Of a DNA stretch of 64,000 nucleotides, positions 11,089 to 20,955 are shown one piece after another (position 1 is the first letter of the stretch; the number at the start of each line of letters is the position of its first letter). Origin of the DNA: an uncultured Desulfuromonas sp. (GTDB taxonomy: Bacteria; Desulfobacterota; Desulfuromonadia; Desulfuromonadales; Desulfuromonadaceae). The notes beneath the pieces were generated by a model that had not been told where the DNA came from, searched no databases, and saw only the letters and a program-made list of their open reading frames with translations. The stretch lies in NCBI GenBank assembly GCA_964536375.1, contig CAZHXF010000001.1:24107-88106 (forward strand), written 5' to 3'. The translations under genes were made by a program, and so were the position numbers.

Positions 11089-13002
11089 ATGGCAGAGGTG
11101 AAAAAATACGGAATTATTAAACGCTTTATTCGTTTGCTGACCTTTGTTGATCTGCCCATCAGGCGTAAATTCACCTTATTTGCTGTTGGTGTTTTGTTTT
11201 GGTTTATCCTGCTGGCCAGCGTATCTACATATGTGCTGGTGGATGTAAATATAAAAACTGCTCAAGTGGTCGATACCTTGTTGCCCTACGAATGGTTTGC
11301 GCAGGATACTTTGCGCAAAGCCCACGAAGTCAACCATCTGATAGCTGATCTGGTGCATGCCGATAGTGAACAGGTGATCTCCTTAAAAGCAGAACGCTTG
11401 AAATCCAGTTTAATATCGATAAGCAAAAGTGCTGAACAACTTAATCCGCACCATGTTCAGTCACCGTTGCGCCTGATCTGGGATAACGTGTCAAATAGCG
11501 ACTGGCTAGATGAAACAGGTAACTCTGCCTATGTTGCTTTGGTTAAGAAATCTACTAATACCTTGACGCAGTTGTTGAATGAGGTCATTTATCTCAAAAT
11601 AGATCAGGTAAAAAATCAGGTTGATAATAGATCTGATATTGACAGTCATAGTGGCAGCTTCGCAGCTATAGAAGCTGACTTGATCAGTGGGTCTGTCGGT
11701 TTTCTGGAATCCATATCTAGGCAGACCAATAATTACTCCACCAGTATTACCACAAGCACTAGTTATGCCTTCTGGATCATGATGACGGTGCTGGTGTTGG
11801 CTAGCGGTCTATTAGCTATCTTTACCTTCTGGATATCTGATTCCATTGTGTTGCCGGTAACTTCCATGATCACTAAAATACACACTTTAGCTACTGGTCA
11901 TGTTGATCTAACGGATAAGATTGTGATTCGCTCCGACGATGAGATCGGTGAAATGTCAAACGAATTCAATGATCTCATGGATACCGTTCATGGGATGACG
12001 GTATTCAAAAATGTTATCGAAGAAGATGCAACACTGGAAGATGTCTATTCGCGCATGGGCGAGGCTTTTAGTGCCAATGTCGGGGTATCTGAATATCGAA
12101 TCTATGAAGTGGACAGTACTTACAAAGGGATGAAGGCGGTGTTCCCCATGGCGATGTCGGATAGTGAGTTGACCTGTGAGGCAGACATTCTGACCAGCTG
12201 TGAGCTGTGTCGCGCAGTTAAAACCGGGCACCAGATAAGTTCTTTGGCCTATGATCGGGTGTGTAAACAATTTATCCCTTCTCAGGATAAAATACATGTA
12301 TGCATACCGATGATTATCGGTGGTCATGCCGGTGGAGTGGTGCAGTTTGTTTTTGATAAGCAGGGTGAGTACGCTACCAGTCGCAGAGAAATAGAACATA
12401 AGGTCGCCAAGGCTGAGGCGTATATAAAACAATCCCTGTCGGTAATTGAAGCAAAACGGTTGATGAATACCTTGCGCGAATCAACCTTGCGCGACCCCAT
12501 GACAGGTCTGTTTAATCGGCGTTTTCTGCAAGATCAGGCGGCACATCTTATTGCCGGTTCCTTGCGGCGCAATAAAAAGATTGGTTTGCTGATGTGCGAT
12601 ATCGATTTTTTCAAACAAGTTAATGATAAATTTGGTCACGATGCCGGTGACATTGTCCTCAAAGAGAGCTCAGCGATAATAGCCGCTAGTGTGCGTGAGT
12701 CTGATGTGGTAGTGCGTTTTGGCGGCGAAGAATTCCTAGCTATTCTCACCGATATAGAAGAGGGCGACGCATTTGATGTTGCAGAAAAGATTCGTGTCAA
12801 CATTGAAGAGAAAGTGTTTATAGCCGCGGGCGAAAAGATCCGTAAAACTATTAGTGTTGGGATTAGTGAATACCCGCAAAATTCAGAAGGTTTCTGGCAA
12901 GCGATAAAATATGCTGATGTGGCGCTGTATAGTGCTAAGGAGACTGGGCGTAATAAGTCAGTGATTTTTGACCCATCCATGTGGTCTGGTGACGAATTCT
13001 AG
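11089..13002 (+). CDS. Membrane-bound diguanylate cyclase (2 TM, HAMP-like linker, sensory domain, GGDEF)
   Basis: TM helices lie near residues 30-50 and 225-245. A HAMP-like DDEIGEMSNEFNDLM segment is present. The C-terminal GGDEF domain has an RESD I-site five residues before GGEEF. Confidence 0.85.
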   Translation: MAEVKKYGIIKRFIRLLTFVDLPIRRKFTLFAVGVLFWFILLASVSTYVLVDVNIKTAQVVDTLLPYEWFAQDTLRKAHEVNHLIADLVHADSEQVISLKAERLKSSLISISKSAEQLNPHHVQSPLRLIWDNVSNSDWLDETGNSAYVALVKKSTNTLTQLLNEVIYLKIDQVKNQVDNRSDIDSHSGSFAAIEADLISGSVGFLESISRQTNNYSTSITTSTSYAFWIMMTVLVLASGLLAIFTFWISDSIVLPVTSMITKIHTLATGHVDLTDKIVIRSDDEIGEMSNEFNDLMDTVHGMTVFKNVIEEDATLEDVYSRMGEAFSANVGVSEYRIYEVDSTYKGMKAVFPMAMSDSELTCEADILTSCELCRAVKTGHQISSLAYDRVCKQFIPSQDKIHVCIPMIIGGHAGGVVQFVFDKQGEYATSRREIEHKVAKAEAYIKQSLSVIEAKRLMNTLRESTLRDPMTGLFNRRFLQDQAAHLIAGSLRRNKKIGLLMCDIDFFKQVNDKFGHDAGDIVLKESSAIIAASVRESDVVVRFGGEEFLAILTDIEEGDAFDVAEKIRVNIEEKVFIAAGEKIRKTISVGISEYPQNSEGFWQAIKYADVALYSAKETGRNKSVIFDPSMWSGDEF

Positions 13003-13033
13003 TAGCTGTTTTAGCGATTAACTTTTGTATGAT

Positions 13034-13075
13034 GCTACCCCACAACACTGTTGATGTTGTGGGGTAGCTGTTTTT
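13034..13075 (+). terminator. Strong hairpin terminator between the convergent DGC gene and selD
   Basis: GCTACCCCACAACA / TGTTGTGGGGTAGC forms a 14-bp perfect stem with a 7-nt loop, followed by TGTTTTT on the plus strand. Confidence 0.75.
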
Positions 13076-13096
13076 ATGCTCAATGGCGCAGTTCGG

Positions 13097-14137
13097 TCAG
13101 ATCAACTGCATGGTTCCGGGAACACCATCCTCCACTTCACCGATGATAAAGGTCTGATCGCCACCAGCATGCAGCTCTTGTAGTAGTTGTTCCAGCTTGG
13201 TCGGAGCTACCGCTATTAACAAGCCCCCCGAAGTTTGCGGGTCACAGAGCAGGTCTATTCTGGCGGTGTCCAGTTGCTCGCTACCGCTTACTCTTGGTAT
13301 ATAGTGGCGCTGATTGCGATAGCGTCCCTCAGGTATTAGTCCGGTCTCGGCCATATCGATGGCGTGCGGATAGTTTGGTAAGCTGTCGGCATGGATGACT
13401 AAGCGTTTCTGGCTGGCCTCAGCCATCTCTAATGCATGACCGATAAGACCGAAGCCGGTGATGTCGGTGCATGCCGAAACTCCTACCCGCAGCATCGCTT
13501 CACTGGCGTAGCGGTTCAGGCGAGCCATGCCTTCAAGGGCAACGGCTATTTGTTCTTCGGTAAGAACTTTAGCTTTTAGTCCTGTAGTCAATAATCCGGT
13601 TCCCAGGGGTTTGGTCAGCACCAGTAAATCTCCAGCCTGGCAGCCCAGAGTGGTGATGATCTTATCTGGATGTGCGGTGCCGGTGATTGCCAGTCCGAAT
13701 TTCGGCTCATCGTCCTCAATGGAGTGGCCACCAACCACCGTTGCTCCTGCTTCATGTACCTTGTCGGTGCTACCACAGAGTATCTGCGTCAATATGTCGA
13801 TATCGAGGCAGTTAGGAAATGCCACCAAATTCATCGCTGTAATTGGTTTGCCCCCCATGGCAAAAACGTCAGAGAGGGCGTTGGCCGCAGCGATAGCGCC
13901 AAACAGATAGGGATCATCCACAACGGGGGTGAAAAAGTCCACCGATTGCAGTAATACCAGATCTGGAGAAATTAGAAAGATTCCGGCATCGGCACAAGGT
14001 ATGTTGCGTGATAACAGCCGGGGATCGTCATTCTGGGGTAGTTGACACAGTACCTGTGCCAAGGTCTCAGGACCAAGCTTAGCCGCTCAGCCAGCGCTAC
14101 GGGCCAGTTGGGTGAGACTTGTTTTTTGTTTATCCAA
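13097..14137 (-). CDS. selD: Selenide, water dikinase (selenophosphate synthetase), selenocysteine-containing form; UGA at 14087-14089 is recoded as Sec
   Basis: The ORF-track piece (13097-14062) matches the SelD/PurM-like fold (DFFTPVVDDPYLFGAIAAANALSDVFAMGG, CDPQTSGGLL). Extending the same frame upstream gives TTG(14137)-DKQKTSLTQLARSAG-TGA-AAKLGPETL. This aligns with E. coli LTQYSHGAGCGCKISPKVL, with the UGA at the catalytic Cys17 position. A GAGGA RBS lies 4 nt before the TTG. Confidence 0.88.
14044..14086 (-). promoter_or_regulatory. Candidate bacterial SECIS element immediately 3' of the selD UGA
   Basis: On the mRNA there are two partly exclusive hairpins. The first is GC-UU-GGUC[CUGA]GACC-UU-GGC, starting about 9-13 nt after the UGA. 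The second is GGCACAG[GUA]CUGUGUC, about 27 nt after it. Neither was folded computationally. Confidence 0.4.
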
Positions 14138-14167
14138 ATTGTCCTCTGTGTGTTGCTGGAAAAAAGT

Positions 14168-16084
14168 TTAAGAAAGTTCTTCTTCTGCCGGAAGCTTCCA
14201 TGCTTGGCGAGCGTCACCCTTACGCATAGTGTATTTTAGTTGATCGAAGTATTCCAGTAGTGCCTGCACCGGTTTGCGTGCGCTGCCAATCAAGTCGCGA
14301 TATTCGCCCAAGGTCAGGTTTTGCTCTTTAGCAAAGTGGTTAATCAATTGACGCAGAGCCTTATTGTAGCTGTCACGGTGAAAGAACGTCTCATCGTTGA
14401 GCTTGATTAAGATATTGTTGAAAAAAAGGAATCCTAGACAGTCTTCAAGCAGTTCATCGGCTATGGTTAACTGACCGAGCATCTCTCTCCGCCCCTTTGC
14501 CTGTACCCCGACTTGACGATAGAAGTGCTCAATTTTGTCTAGAATTATCTGTTGTTCAACTGATGGCTGCGGTTTAAACCCTTCAACCTGTACCCATTCT
14601 CCCGCTCGCTGAAGAGCCGTGTCAGCAAGTAGTTGATCAAATGCTTTACCGGATAGCTGCTTTGGTAGCCGCGCTTTTAAGGTAGCGTGGGGGATGCCTG
14701 GGAGCAATGGATTAACATGATGATATTGTTCAACAGTTGTGACCAGCTGTTGCTTAAATGTCCGGACTAGTGGTATGGGCAGCCATTGATCAGCCAGCTG
14801 CATTACGCGGTTGTCATCCTGCATCTCTAATAATAAGCTGGAGATTTTTTCGCGCCCCATGCCAGAAATCTGTTCCAGATCTTTGACTCGTGCACATTGC
14901 AGTTCACCAAGCTTTTGCAGCAGGAAAGCCCCCTCGCCAGATTCCAGCTCTTTGATTTGCTGCATAACATCCGCGCGAAAGCGCTTGTGTTTTACCGGAT
15001 CTGGATCTATTACTACGCCGCCGCCGATGGTGAACATGGGTGAATAGGAGCGGATAATAAATCTGTCCTGACGATGAGCGACCAGTGGACGATCAAGGTG
15101 AATCTGTACCAGTGCTGTTTCTCCCGGCTCAAGTTGATCGCAGTCGAGTAGTGCTACAAGTCCAACTACCCGCGCTGTTCCCAGATAAAAATGTACCGGA
15201 TCACGGAATTTTACTGCTCGCGGCGCATCAGCAAGCAAAGTTAATCGGGCATCAAGGCGATTGGTCTGCTCGAATATTCCCGGTGTGGCAACAACGCTTC
15301 CGCGCATAATATCGCTGCGTTCCAGTCCCGCCAGATTTAGTGCTACACGCTGACCACAGCGCGCAACCTCCCGTTTTTGCCCGTGTACCTGGATGTCGCG
15401 AATGCGGACTTTCTTTTGCGCTGGCAGCACCTCGACGTTGTCTCCAACGTGGGCACTGCCGGTAAGCATGGTACCGGTAATTACCGTACCGAATCCGGCT
15501 ACGGAAAAGTGGCGATCTATAGGTAGGCGCATGGGACCATTGGAATCGCGTTGGGGTATTTGCTCGGCTACTTGGGCAATGGTCGCTGTCAGTTCGGCAA
15601 TGCCTTGCCCGTTTAGCGAGGAGACTCGGCAAAAAGGGGCGGTTTTTAGGAATGTTGGGGCTACCTCATCACGAATTTCTTCTTCGACGAGGTCAATCCA
15701 CTCCTCCTCGGCTAGGTCGACTTTGGTCAGAACCACTATGCCGCGGGGGATTTGCAGTAAATTTAGGATGTGTAAATGTTCATGGGTCTGGGGCATAACC
15801 CCTTCCATGCAATCCACTACCAGCAGAACCAGATCGATGCCACCAACTCCGGCGAGCATGTTATTGATAAATTTCTCATGCCCGGGAACGTCAATAACGC
15901 CAGCCTGATCACCATTGGGGAGGGTAAAACTGGCAAAACCGAGATCGATGGATATGCCGCGCTGCTGTTCCTCTTTTAAACGGTCAGTGTGGACGCCGGT
16001 AAGAGCATGTATCAATGCTGTCTTACCATGGTCTACGTGTCCGGCTGTGCCGATGATGATATTTTTTGGTGCTGTTTTGGTCAT
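14168..16084 (-). CDS. selB: Selenocysteine-specific translation elongation factor SelB
   Basis: 638 aa. The N-terminal GTPase has [16 protein letters not shown] and TKVD, and is followed by a long winged-helix C-terminal extension. The gene lies between selA and selD. Confidence 0.93.
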   Translation of the reverse strand: MTKTAPKNIIIGTAGHVDHGKTALIHALTGVHTDRLKEEQQRGISIDLGFASFTLPNGDQAGVIDVPGHEKFINNMLAGVGGIDLVLLVVDCMEGVMPQTHEHLHILNLLQIPRGIVVLTKVDLAEEEWIDLVEEEIRDEVAPTFLKTAPFCRVSSLNGQGIAELTATIAQVAEQIPQRDSNGPMRLPIDRHFSVAGFGTVITGTMLTGSAHVGDNVEVLPAQKKVRIRDIQVHGQKREVARCGQRVALNLAGLERSDIMRGSVVATPGIFEQTNRLDARLTLLADAPRAVKFRDPVHFYLGTARVVGLVALLDCDQLEPGETALVQIHLDRPLVAHRQDRFIIRSYSPMFTIGGGVVIDPDPVKHKRFRADVMQQIKELESGEGAFLLQKLGELQCARVKDLEQISGMGREKISSLLLEMQDDNRVMQLADQWLPIPLVRTFKQQLVTTVEQYHHVNPLLPGIPHATLKARLPKQLSGKAFDQLLADTALQRAGEWVQVEGFKPQPSVEQQIILDKIEHFYRQVGVQAKGRREMLGQLTIADELLEDCLGFLFFNNILIKLNDETFFHRDSYNKALRQLINHFAKEQNLTLGEYRDLIGSARKPVQALLEYFDQLKYTMRKGDARQAWKLPAEEELS

Positions 16085-16099
16085 GTTTTTGTGTTGCCT

Positions 16100-17527
16100 C
16101 TATCTGGGGCTGGTGGTGGAGAGAACTTGGTATAGGGTCTGCGCAACGAATTTTTCCTGATTAGGGAACACTGTACGCAGGTTGATTAGCAGGCGGTTGT
16201 CTTGAATGCGGGCGACAACGGGATGCTGAGCGGTGCGCAGGCTTTTCGCCAGTTGATCAGGGCTGGTGTGCAGAGGTGTTAACGCTAGTGCCACCCCGGG
16301 TAGATCAGTGACGGGCAACGCACCGCCGCCGACGCAGGAATTCTCCTGAATTATGGAAATGGTGCATAACCCCTTAATGAGTGGCTGCAGGATGCACATG
16401 AATTCTTCACTGCGTTGCAGCAACTCTTCCTGTTTCATGTTGAGCATGTTGAGCAGTGGTACGTCGCGCAGAGCTTGCTGTTGGTCGAGATACTGGGTTA
16501 ATGTGGCTTCCAGCGCGGCAAGGGTGAGTTTGTCGATGCGCAGCGCCCGCGCTAATGGGTGCTGGCGAATTTTGTCGATTGCCCACTTTTTGCCGACAAT
16601 GAGCCCAGCCTGCGGTCCACCGAGCAATTTGTCACCACTAAAGGTCAGCACGTCAATTCCTGCAGCGACACCCTCTTTAACTGTTGGTTCTTTAGGGAGT
16701 CCAAACGGGGAGAGATCGAACAGCATGCCGCTGCCGAGATCTTCCATAACCGGAATTTTGTGGCAGTGACCGAGTTCAACCATGTCGGCTGCGGCTACCG
16801 CGGAGCTAAAGCCTACTATGCGATAGTTGCTGGTGTGAACCTTAAGCAGCAATCCAGTGTTGTCATTTATTGCTTGTTGATAGTCGTTGAAGTGAGTCTT
16901 GTTGGTGGTGCCTACTTCCCGTAAAATAACCCCACCCGCTGCCATTACATCAGGCACGCGAAATGCGCCACCAATCTCGACTAACTCACCACGGGATACT
17001 ATTGCTTCTTTGCCTTGCGCCAGCGCAGTTAAAGCCAGCAATACCGCACCGGCGTTGTTATTGACTACAGCGGCTGCTTCAGCACCAGTCAGACGGCACA
17101 GCAGTTTATCTACATGGCTGTAGCGATGCCCGCGCTTACCGCTATCCAGATCCAGTTCCAGATTCGAGTAGGAACGTGCTACATCTTCAATGGCTGTCAA
17201 GGCGGCGCTGCTTAACGGCGCCCGTCCCAGATTGGTGTGCAACAGGGTGCCGGTGGCGTTGATTACCTGACGCAGTGAGGGTTGTTGCTTGAGCTGTAGG
17301 CGCTGGTGAGCATCACGACTGATGGCTGCTATGTCAACTGGTTGTAAAAACTCTGGTGCTTCGGCAAGTATTTTTTGACGCCAAAAGTTTACTGCCTCCT
17401 GCGCCGCTTCGACTACCAGACAGTGCGGTGCCGTTGCTGTGGAAAGCAGTGGTTCATTAAGCAGTTTGTCTATGGCGGGTAATTGCTGAAGCAGTTCGCT
17501 GATGTTAGACATGGGTATTTTGACCAT
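16100..17527 (-). CDS. selA: L-seryl-tRNA(Sec) selenium transferase
   Basis: 475 aa with SelA signatures (VINATGTLLHTNLGRAPL, FSGDKLLGGPQAGLIVGK with the PLP lysine). The start could instead be the ATG at 17512 (MSNISELL). Confidence 0.93.
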   Translation of the reverse strand: MVKIPMSNISELLQQLPAIDKLLNEPLLSTATAPHCLVVEAAQEAVNFWRQKILAEAPEFLQPVDIAAISRDAHQRLQLKQQPSLRQVINATGTLLHTNLGRAPLSSAALTAIEDVARSYSNLELDLDSGKRGHRYSHVDKLLCRLTGAEAAAVVNNNAGAVLLALTALAQGKEAIVSRGELVEIGGAFRVPDVMAAGGVILREVGTTNKTHFNDYQQAINDNTGLLLKVHTSNYRIVGFSSAVAAADMVELGHCHKIPVMEDLGSGMLFDLSPFGLPKEPTVKEGVAAGIDVLTFSGDKLLGGPQAGLIVGKKWAIDKIRQHPLARALRIDKLTLAALEATLTQYLDQQQALRDVPLLNMLNMKQEELLQRSEEFMCILQPLIKGLCTISIIQENSCVGGGALPVTDLPGVALALTPLHTSPDQLAKSLRTAQHPVVARIQDNRLLINLRTVFPNQEKFVAQTLYQVLSTTSPR

Positions 17528-17679
17528 TACTGAAAGGCTAGGGTTGTATAGTTGTTGTTACTGACAGTTAGGTTGAGTATTATGGGTTTTGTCCTGTGCG
17601 ATTGGCTATGGAGTGTAGCATATCATTGACGACAGCAACAAGGATGATCATAAAAAGTCAGACAGCGTAGGAGCGTGGC

Positions 17680-18147
17680 ATGGATAGAGAAAAATTACCC
17701 AAAAAAATCAAATATGCTGTCTGCGTTTTGCTTTCAGTGCTGATTTTGTGGGCTATTGTTCTTGTAGCGCGCCCCATTACTTTGCAGCTGAGTACTTTGC
17801 AGTGGGAACACAAGGAGGCTGATTCCTGGCAATTGCAACGCTATGAGCGCCGATTTTGGCATGAGGAAGCCGAGCATTATTGTCGGCAGTTAACCTTGAA
17901 TGAGCACTATGATTGGCGGTTGCCAACGGTTGACGAATTACAAGATTTAACCCAAGTGGCAGCTGGTAAACGCCTGAATTTGGCGCGAGTAGAGCGAGCA
18001 ATATATTGGACAGCCACTCCAGTTCATAGCGATAATCAGCGCTATTGGGTTTTTTCGTTCTTAACAGAACAATCGGCACCTATGACGCAACATAACTATA
18101 ATTCTGTTGTTTGTGTTCGCACTGTTAATGGAGTTGTGCTAGATTAA
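17680..18147 (+). CDS. Small membrane-anchored DUF1566 (Lcl C-terminal-like) domain protein
   Basis: An N-terminal TM helix is followed by WRLPTVDELQDL ... YWTATP ... VVCVRT, the motif pattern I recognise for DUF1566. Confidence 0.55.
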   Translation: MDREKLPKKIKYAVCVLLSVLILWAIVLVARPITLQLSTLQWEHKEADSWQLQRYERRFWHEEAEHYCRQLTLNEHYDWRLPTVDELQDLTQVAAGKRLNLARVERAIYWTATPVHSDNQRYWVFSFLTEQSAPMTQHNYNSVVCVRTVNGVVLD

Positions 18148-18271
18148 TTAACCCAACTTAGACCATTAATTTAAAGCAGATGTTTAAGTGGTAATGTACT
18201 GTAGATTAAACATTTTTTTTTATGTTTGGGACAGTTAGAACGTCTATATCTTTTCTTTATGTTGCAATTCT

Positions 18272-20950
18272 ATGGATGGAATAATGCAGATAAATGAGCT
18301 TGTAGCCAGTAGCCAGAAAACGTTGCGTGATTTGTGTGATGATTTGATGGGACTGGTGGGTGAAGAGTTTTTTTTCGTCCTGATGACCAAACTAGCCACA
18401 ATAGCTGGTGCCGATTACGCTTTTATCGGTCAATTCCTGCCCGATAATCCAGATATCGTGCGTACCGTTGCAGTATATGCCGATGGTCATAATGTCGATA
18501 ATATGGATTTCTCGATAAAAAATACCCCCTGCGCTGTGGTGGTTAAGGAAGGGTTTGTCCATTTCCCGCACAGTGTTATCGAGCTGTTTCCCCTCGACCA
18601 TCTGGCAATTCAGATGGAGGTGGACAGCTACGTTGGTATTCCTCTGAAAGATTCTCACGGTACCGTTATTGGTCCCTTGGCAGTGTTCAGCCGTAAGCCT
18701 CTCCAAAACCTGGCGATGATTGAAACTGCGCTACATATGTTTGCCCTACGAGCTTCGGCCGAGTTGGAGCGCCTCTTTATTGCTGCCCAGAGACAGGAAG
18801 AACTGCACTTTTTGCAGAGTCTGCTGGATGCTATTCCCAATCCTGTTTTTTACAAAAGCCTATCCGGGGAATATCTCGGTTGCAACAAAAGTTACGAACA
18901 GTTGTTGGGCATTAACCGCCAGGCACTGGTGGGACATCAAGTGGATGAGTTGATGCCAACCACGCGTGCAGAACTTGCCAAAGCAGAGGATAAAAGGGTG
19001 TTCTCCTCGGGTAAAGACAGCACCTATGCCAATGAGATTGTCTGTGCCGATGGGCGCGCTCTGCAGGTGTTGTTTAATAAGGCACCATTTTACAGCAGTG
19101 GTGGTGACATAACTGGTCTGGTTGGAACCATACAGGACATAACCTCTCTGAAACAAATAGAATCAGCGATGCAGGGGTTGATGGAGAGTACCGTTGGTTT
19201 TACCGGTGCCGAATGCTATCACCGCGTAGCACAGGAGCTGTGCAGTTGGTTCGATGCTGATTGCGCCATTGTTGGTCAATTGGTGGGTAATGGTATGATT
19301 TCATCATTGGCTATTGTGCACGATGGTGTGTTGATGGTTGGCAAAACGTTTCCCATAGCAGACACTCCGTGCGAAAAAGTGGTTGGCGATGGAGTTTGCC
19401 TGTTTTCCGATGGTCTGCTTGAGCATTTCCCGAACAGCGAATTGGTAATCAGTATGCAGGCTCAGGGGTATGTGGGTACGCCGGTACGCAATCATCAAGG
19501 AACTATTGTCGGGGTTCTTAGCGTACTTTCGCGCCAACCAATCAAGAGGATGGAGCGGGCTAAAGACGTGTTGGCGATAATGGCAGCGCGTATCAGTGCC
19601 GAACTGGATCGCGAACAATCAGAGCGGCTTCTGCGAGAGAATGAGAGCCACCTTGAATTTCTGGCTTATCACGATGTGCTGACTGAATTGCCCAATCGCC
19701 AGTTGTTTCGTGACCGTTTGCAGCATGCTATCTCTATGGCGCGTTTGGCGGGTACTCAGGTAGCCGTGTTGTTTCTTGATCTTGATCGCTTCAAAAAAAT
19801 CAATGATTCACTCGGACATGAGTTTGGTGATCAGCTGTTGTGCGAGGTGGCACGGCGCTTGAGGTTCTGTGCCCGCGATGTCGATACTGTGGCACGCCTC
19901 AGTGGCGACGAGTTCTCTATGATAATTGATCAGATAACCAGTATTGAAAATGTCATCATTGTTGCCGAGGAGATACGCAAAGCATTATCCGAGGTAATAG
20001 ATGTAGAAAACTATAAATTGTTTGTTACTGCCAGTATCGGGATTAGTTTGTACCCGCGTGACGGTGACACAGTGGTAGCATTACTTAAGGGTGCTGATGC
20101 CGCCATGTTTAATGCTAAGGATTTGGGTCGCGATAATTATCGTTTCTATACTGCCGGACTAAATGAGCGTGCCGGTGAGTTGTTGATGCTGGAAGGGGCA
20201 CTGCGTGAAGCAGTCGATCAGAATAGACTGGTAGTGCATTATCAGCCACAGGTGGACCTGGTCACTGGGGCAATTGTCGGTGTGGAGGCGCTGGTGCGTT
20301 GGTTGCACCCAGATCAGGGGATGGTATCACCGGCTGATTTTATACCCTTAGCGGAAGAGACTGGTTTGATAGTTCCCATTGGTGAATGGGTGCTACGTCA
20401 GGCATGCGTTCAGGGTCGAGTGTGGCAGCGGTTAGGTTATAAAAAAATCAATGTCTCGGTAAACATGTCGGCTCGCCAGTTTAGCCAAAAAAATGTAGTA
20501 GAGATGATCGAAAAAATACTGTGTGATACCGATTTCCCCGCCGACTGTCTTGATTTGGAAATAACCGAAAGCGTGTTGATGAACGATGTTGATGCAGCGA
20601 TAGCGACCATGGAGCAACTTGCCAGCTTGGGTGTTAAGCTCTCTATAGATGATTTTGGTACCGGTTTCTCGTCGTTGGCCTACCTGAAACGCTTTCCTAT
20701 CAATACCTTGAAAATTGATAAATCCTTTGTTGATGATATAGTTACCGATCCTAATGATGCGGCAATCGCCACCACAATTATTGATTTGGCGCGCAACATG
20801 AATCTGAGTGTTATTGCGGAGGGAATTGAAACCGAAGGTCAACGAAATTATCTGCAATCACATGGTTGTCGGTTGGGACAGGGATATCTGTTCAGTCGGC
20901 CGCAACCAGCCGAAGAGGTTGTAAAACAATTTGAGCGTAAAACGCGCTGA
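18272..20950 (+). CDS. Multidomain c-di-GMP protein: GAF-PAS-GAF-GGDEF(degenerate SGDEF)-EAL
   Basis: 892 aa. The PAS region (LLDAIPNPVFYKSLSGEYLGCNKSYEQLLG) is flanked by GAF-like regions. The GGDEF domain reads RDVD...RLSGDEF. The EAL domain has intact EALVRW, DDFGTGFSSL, KIDKSF and EGIET. The start may be the ATG at 18284. Confidence 0.85.
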   Translation: MDGIMQINELVASSQKTLRDLCDDLMGLVGEEFFFVLMTKLATIAGADYAFIGQFLPDNPDIVRTVAVYADGHNVDNMDFSIKNTPCAVVVKEGFVHFPHSVIELFPLDHLAIQMEVDSYVGIPLKDSHGTVIGPLAVFSRKPLQNLAMIETALHMFALRASAELERLFIAAQRQEELHFLQSLLDAIPNPVFYKSLSGEYLGCNKSYEQLLGINRQALVGHQVDELMPTTRAELAKAEDKRVFSSGKDSTYANEIVCADGRALQVLFNKAPFYSSGGDITGLVGTIQDITSLKQIESAMQGLMESTVGFTGAECYHRVAQELCSWFDADCAIVGQLVGNGMISSLAIVHDGVLMVGKTFPIADTPCEKVVGDGVCLFSDGLLEHFPNSELVISMQAQGYVGTPVRNHQGTIVGVLSVLSRQPIKRMERAKDVLAIMAARISAELDREQSERLLRENESHLEFLAYHDVLTELPNRQLFRDRLQHAISMARLAGTQVAVLFLDLDRFKKINDSLGHEFGDQLLCEVARRLRFCARDVDTVARLSGDEFSMIIDQITSIENVIIVAEEIRKALSEVIDVENYKLFVTASIGISLYPRDGDTVVALLKGADAAMFNAKDLGRDNYRFYTAGLNERAGELLMLEGALREAVDQNRLVVHYQPQVDLVTGAIVGVEALVRWLHPDQGMVSPADFIPLAEETGLIVPIGEWVLRQACVQGRVWQRLGYKKINVSVNMSARQFSQKNVVEMIEKILCDTDFPADCLDLEITESVLMNDVDAAIATMEQLASLGVKLSIDDFGTGFSSLAYLKRFPINTLKIDKSFVDDIVTDPNDAAIATTIIDLARNMNLSVIAEGIETEGQRNYLQSHGCRLGQGYLFSRPQPAEEVVKQFERKTR

Positions 20951-20955
20951 AGCGG

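Noticed and set aside
13972-14217. 81-aa minus-strand ORF bridging the selB/selD junction
   Set aside because: It is in the wrong frame relative to both genes. The region is fully explained by the 3' end of selB and the UGA-containing 5' end of selD.
15393-15908. 171-aa plus-strand ORF inside selB
   Set aside because: It is an antisense shadow ORF of a well-supported gene. Its Ser/Thr/Pro/Arg-rich composition is typical of reverse-frame translation.
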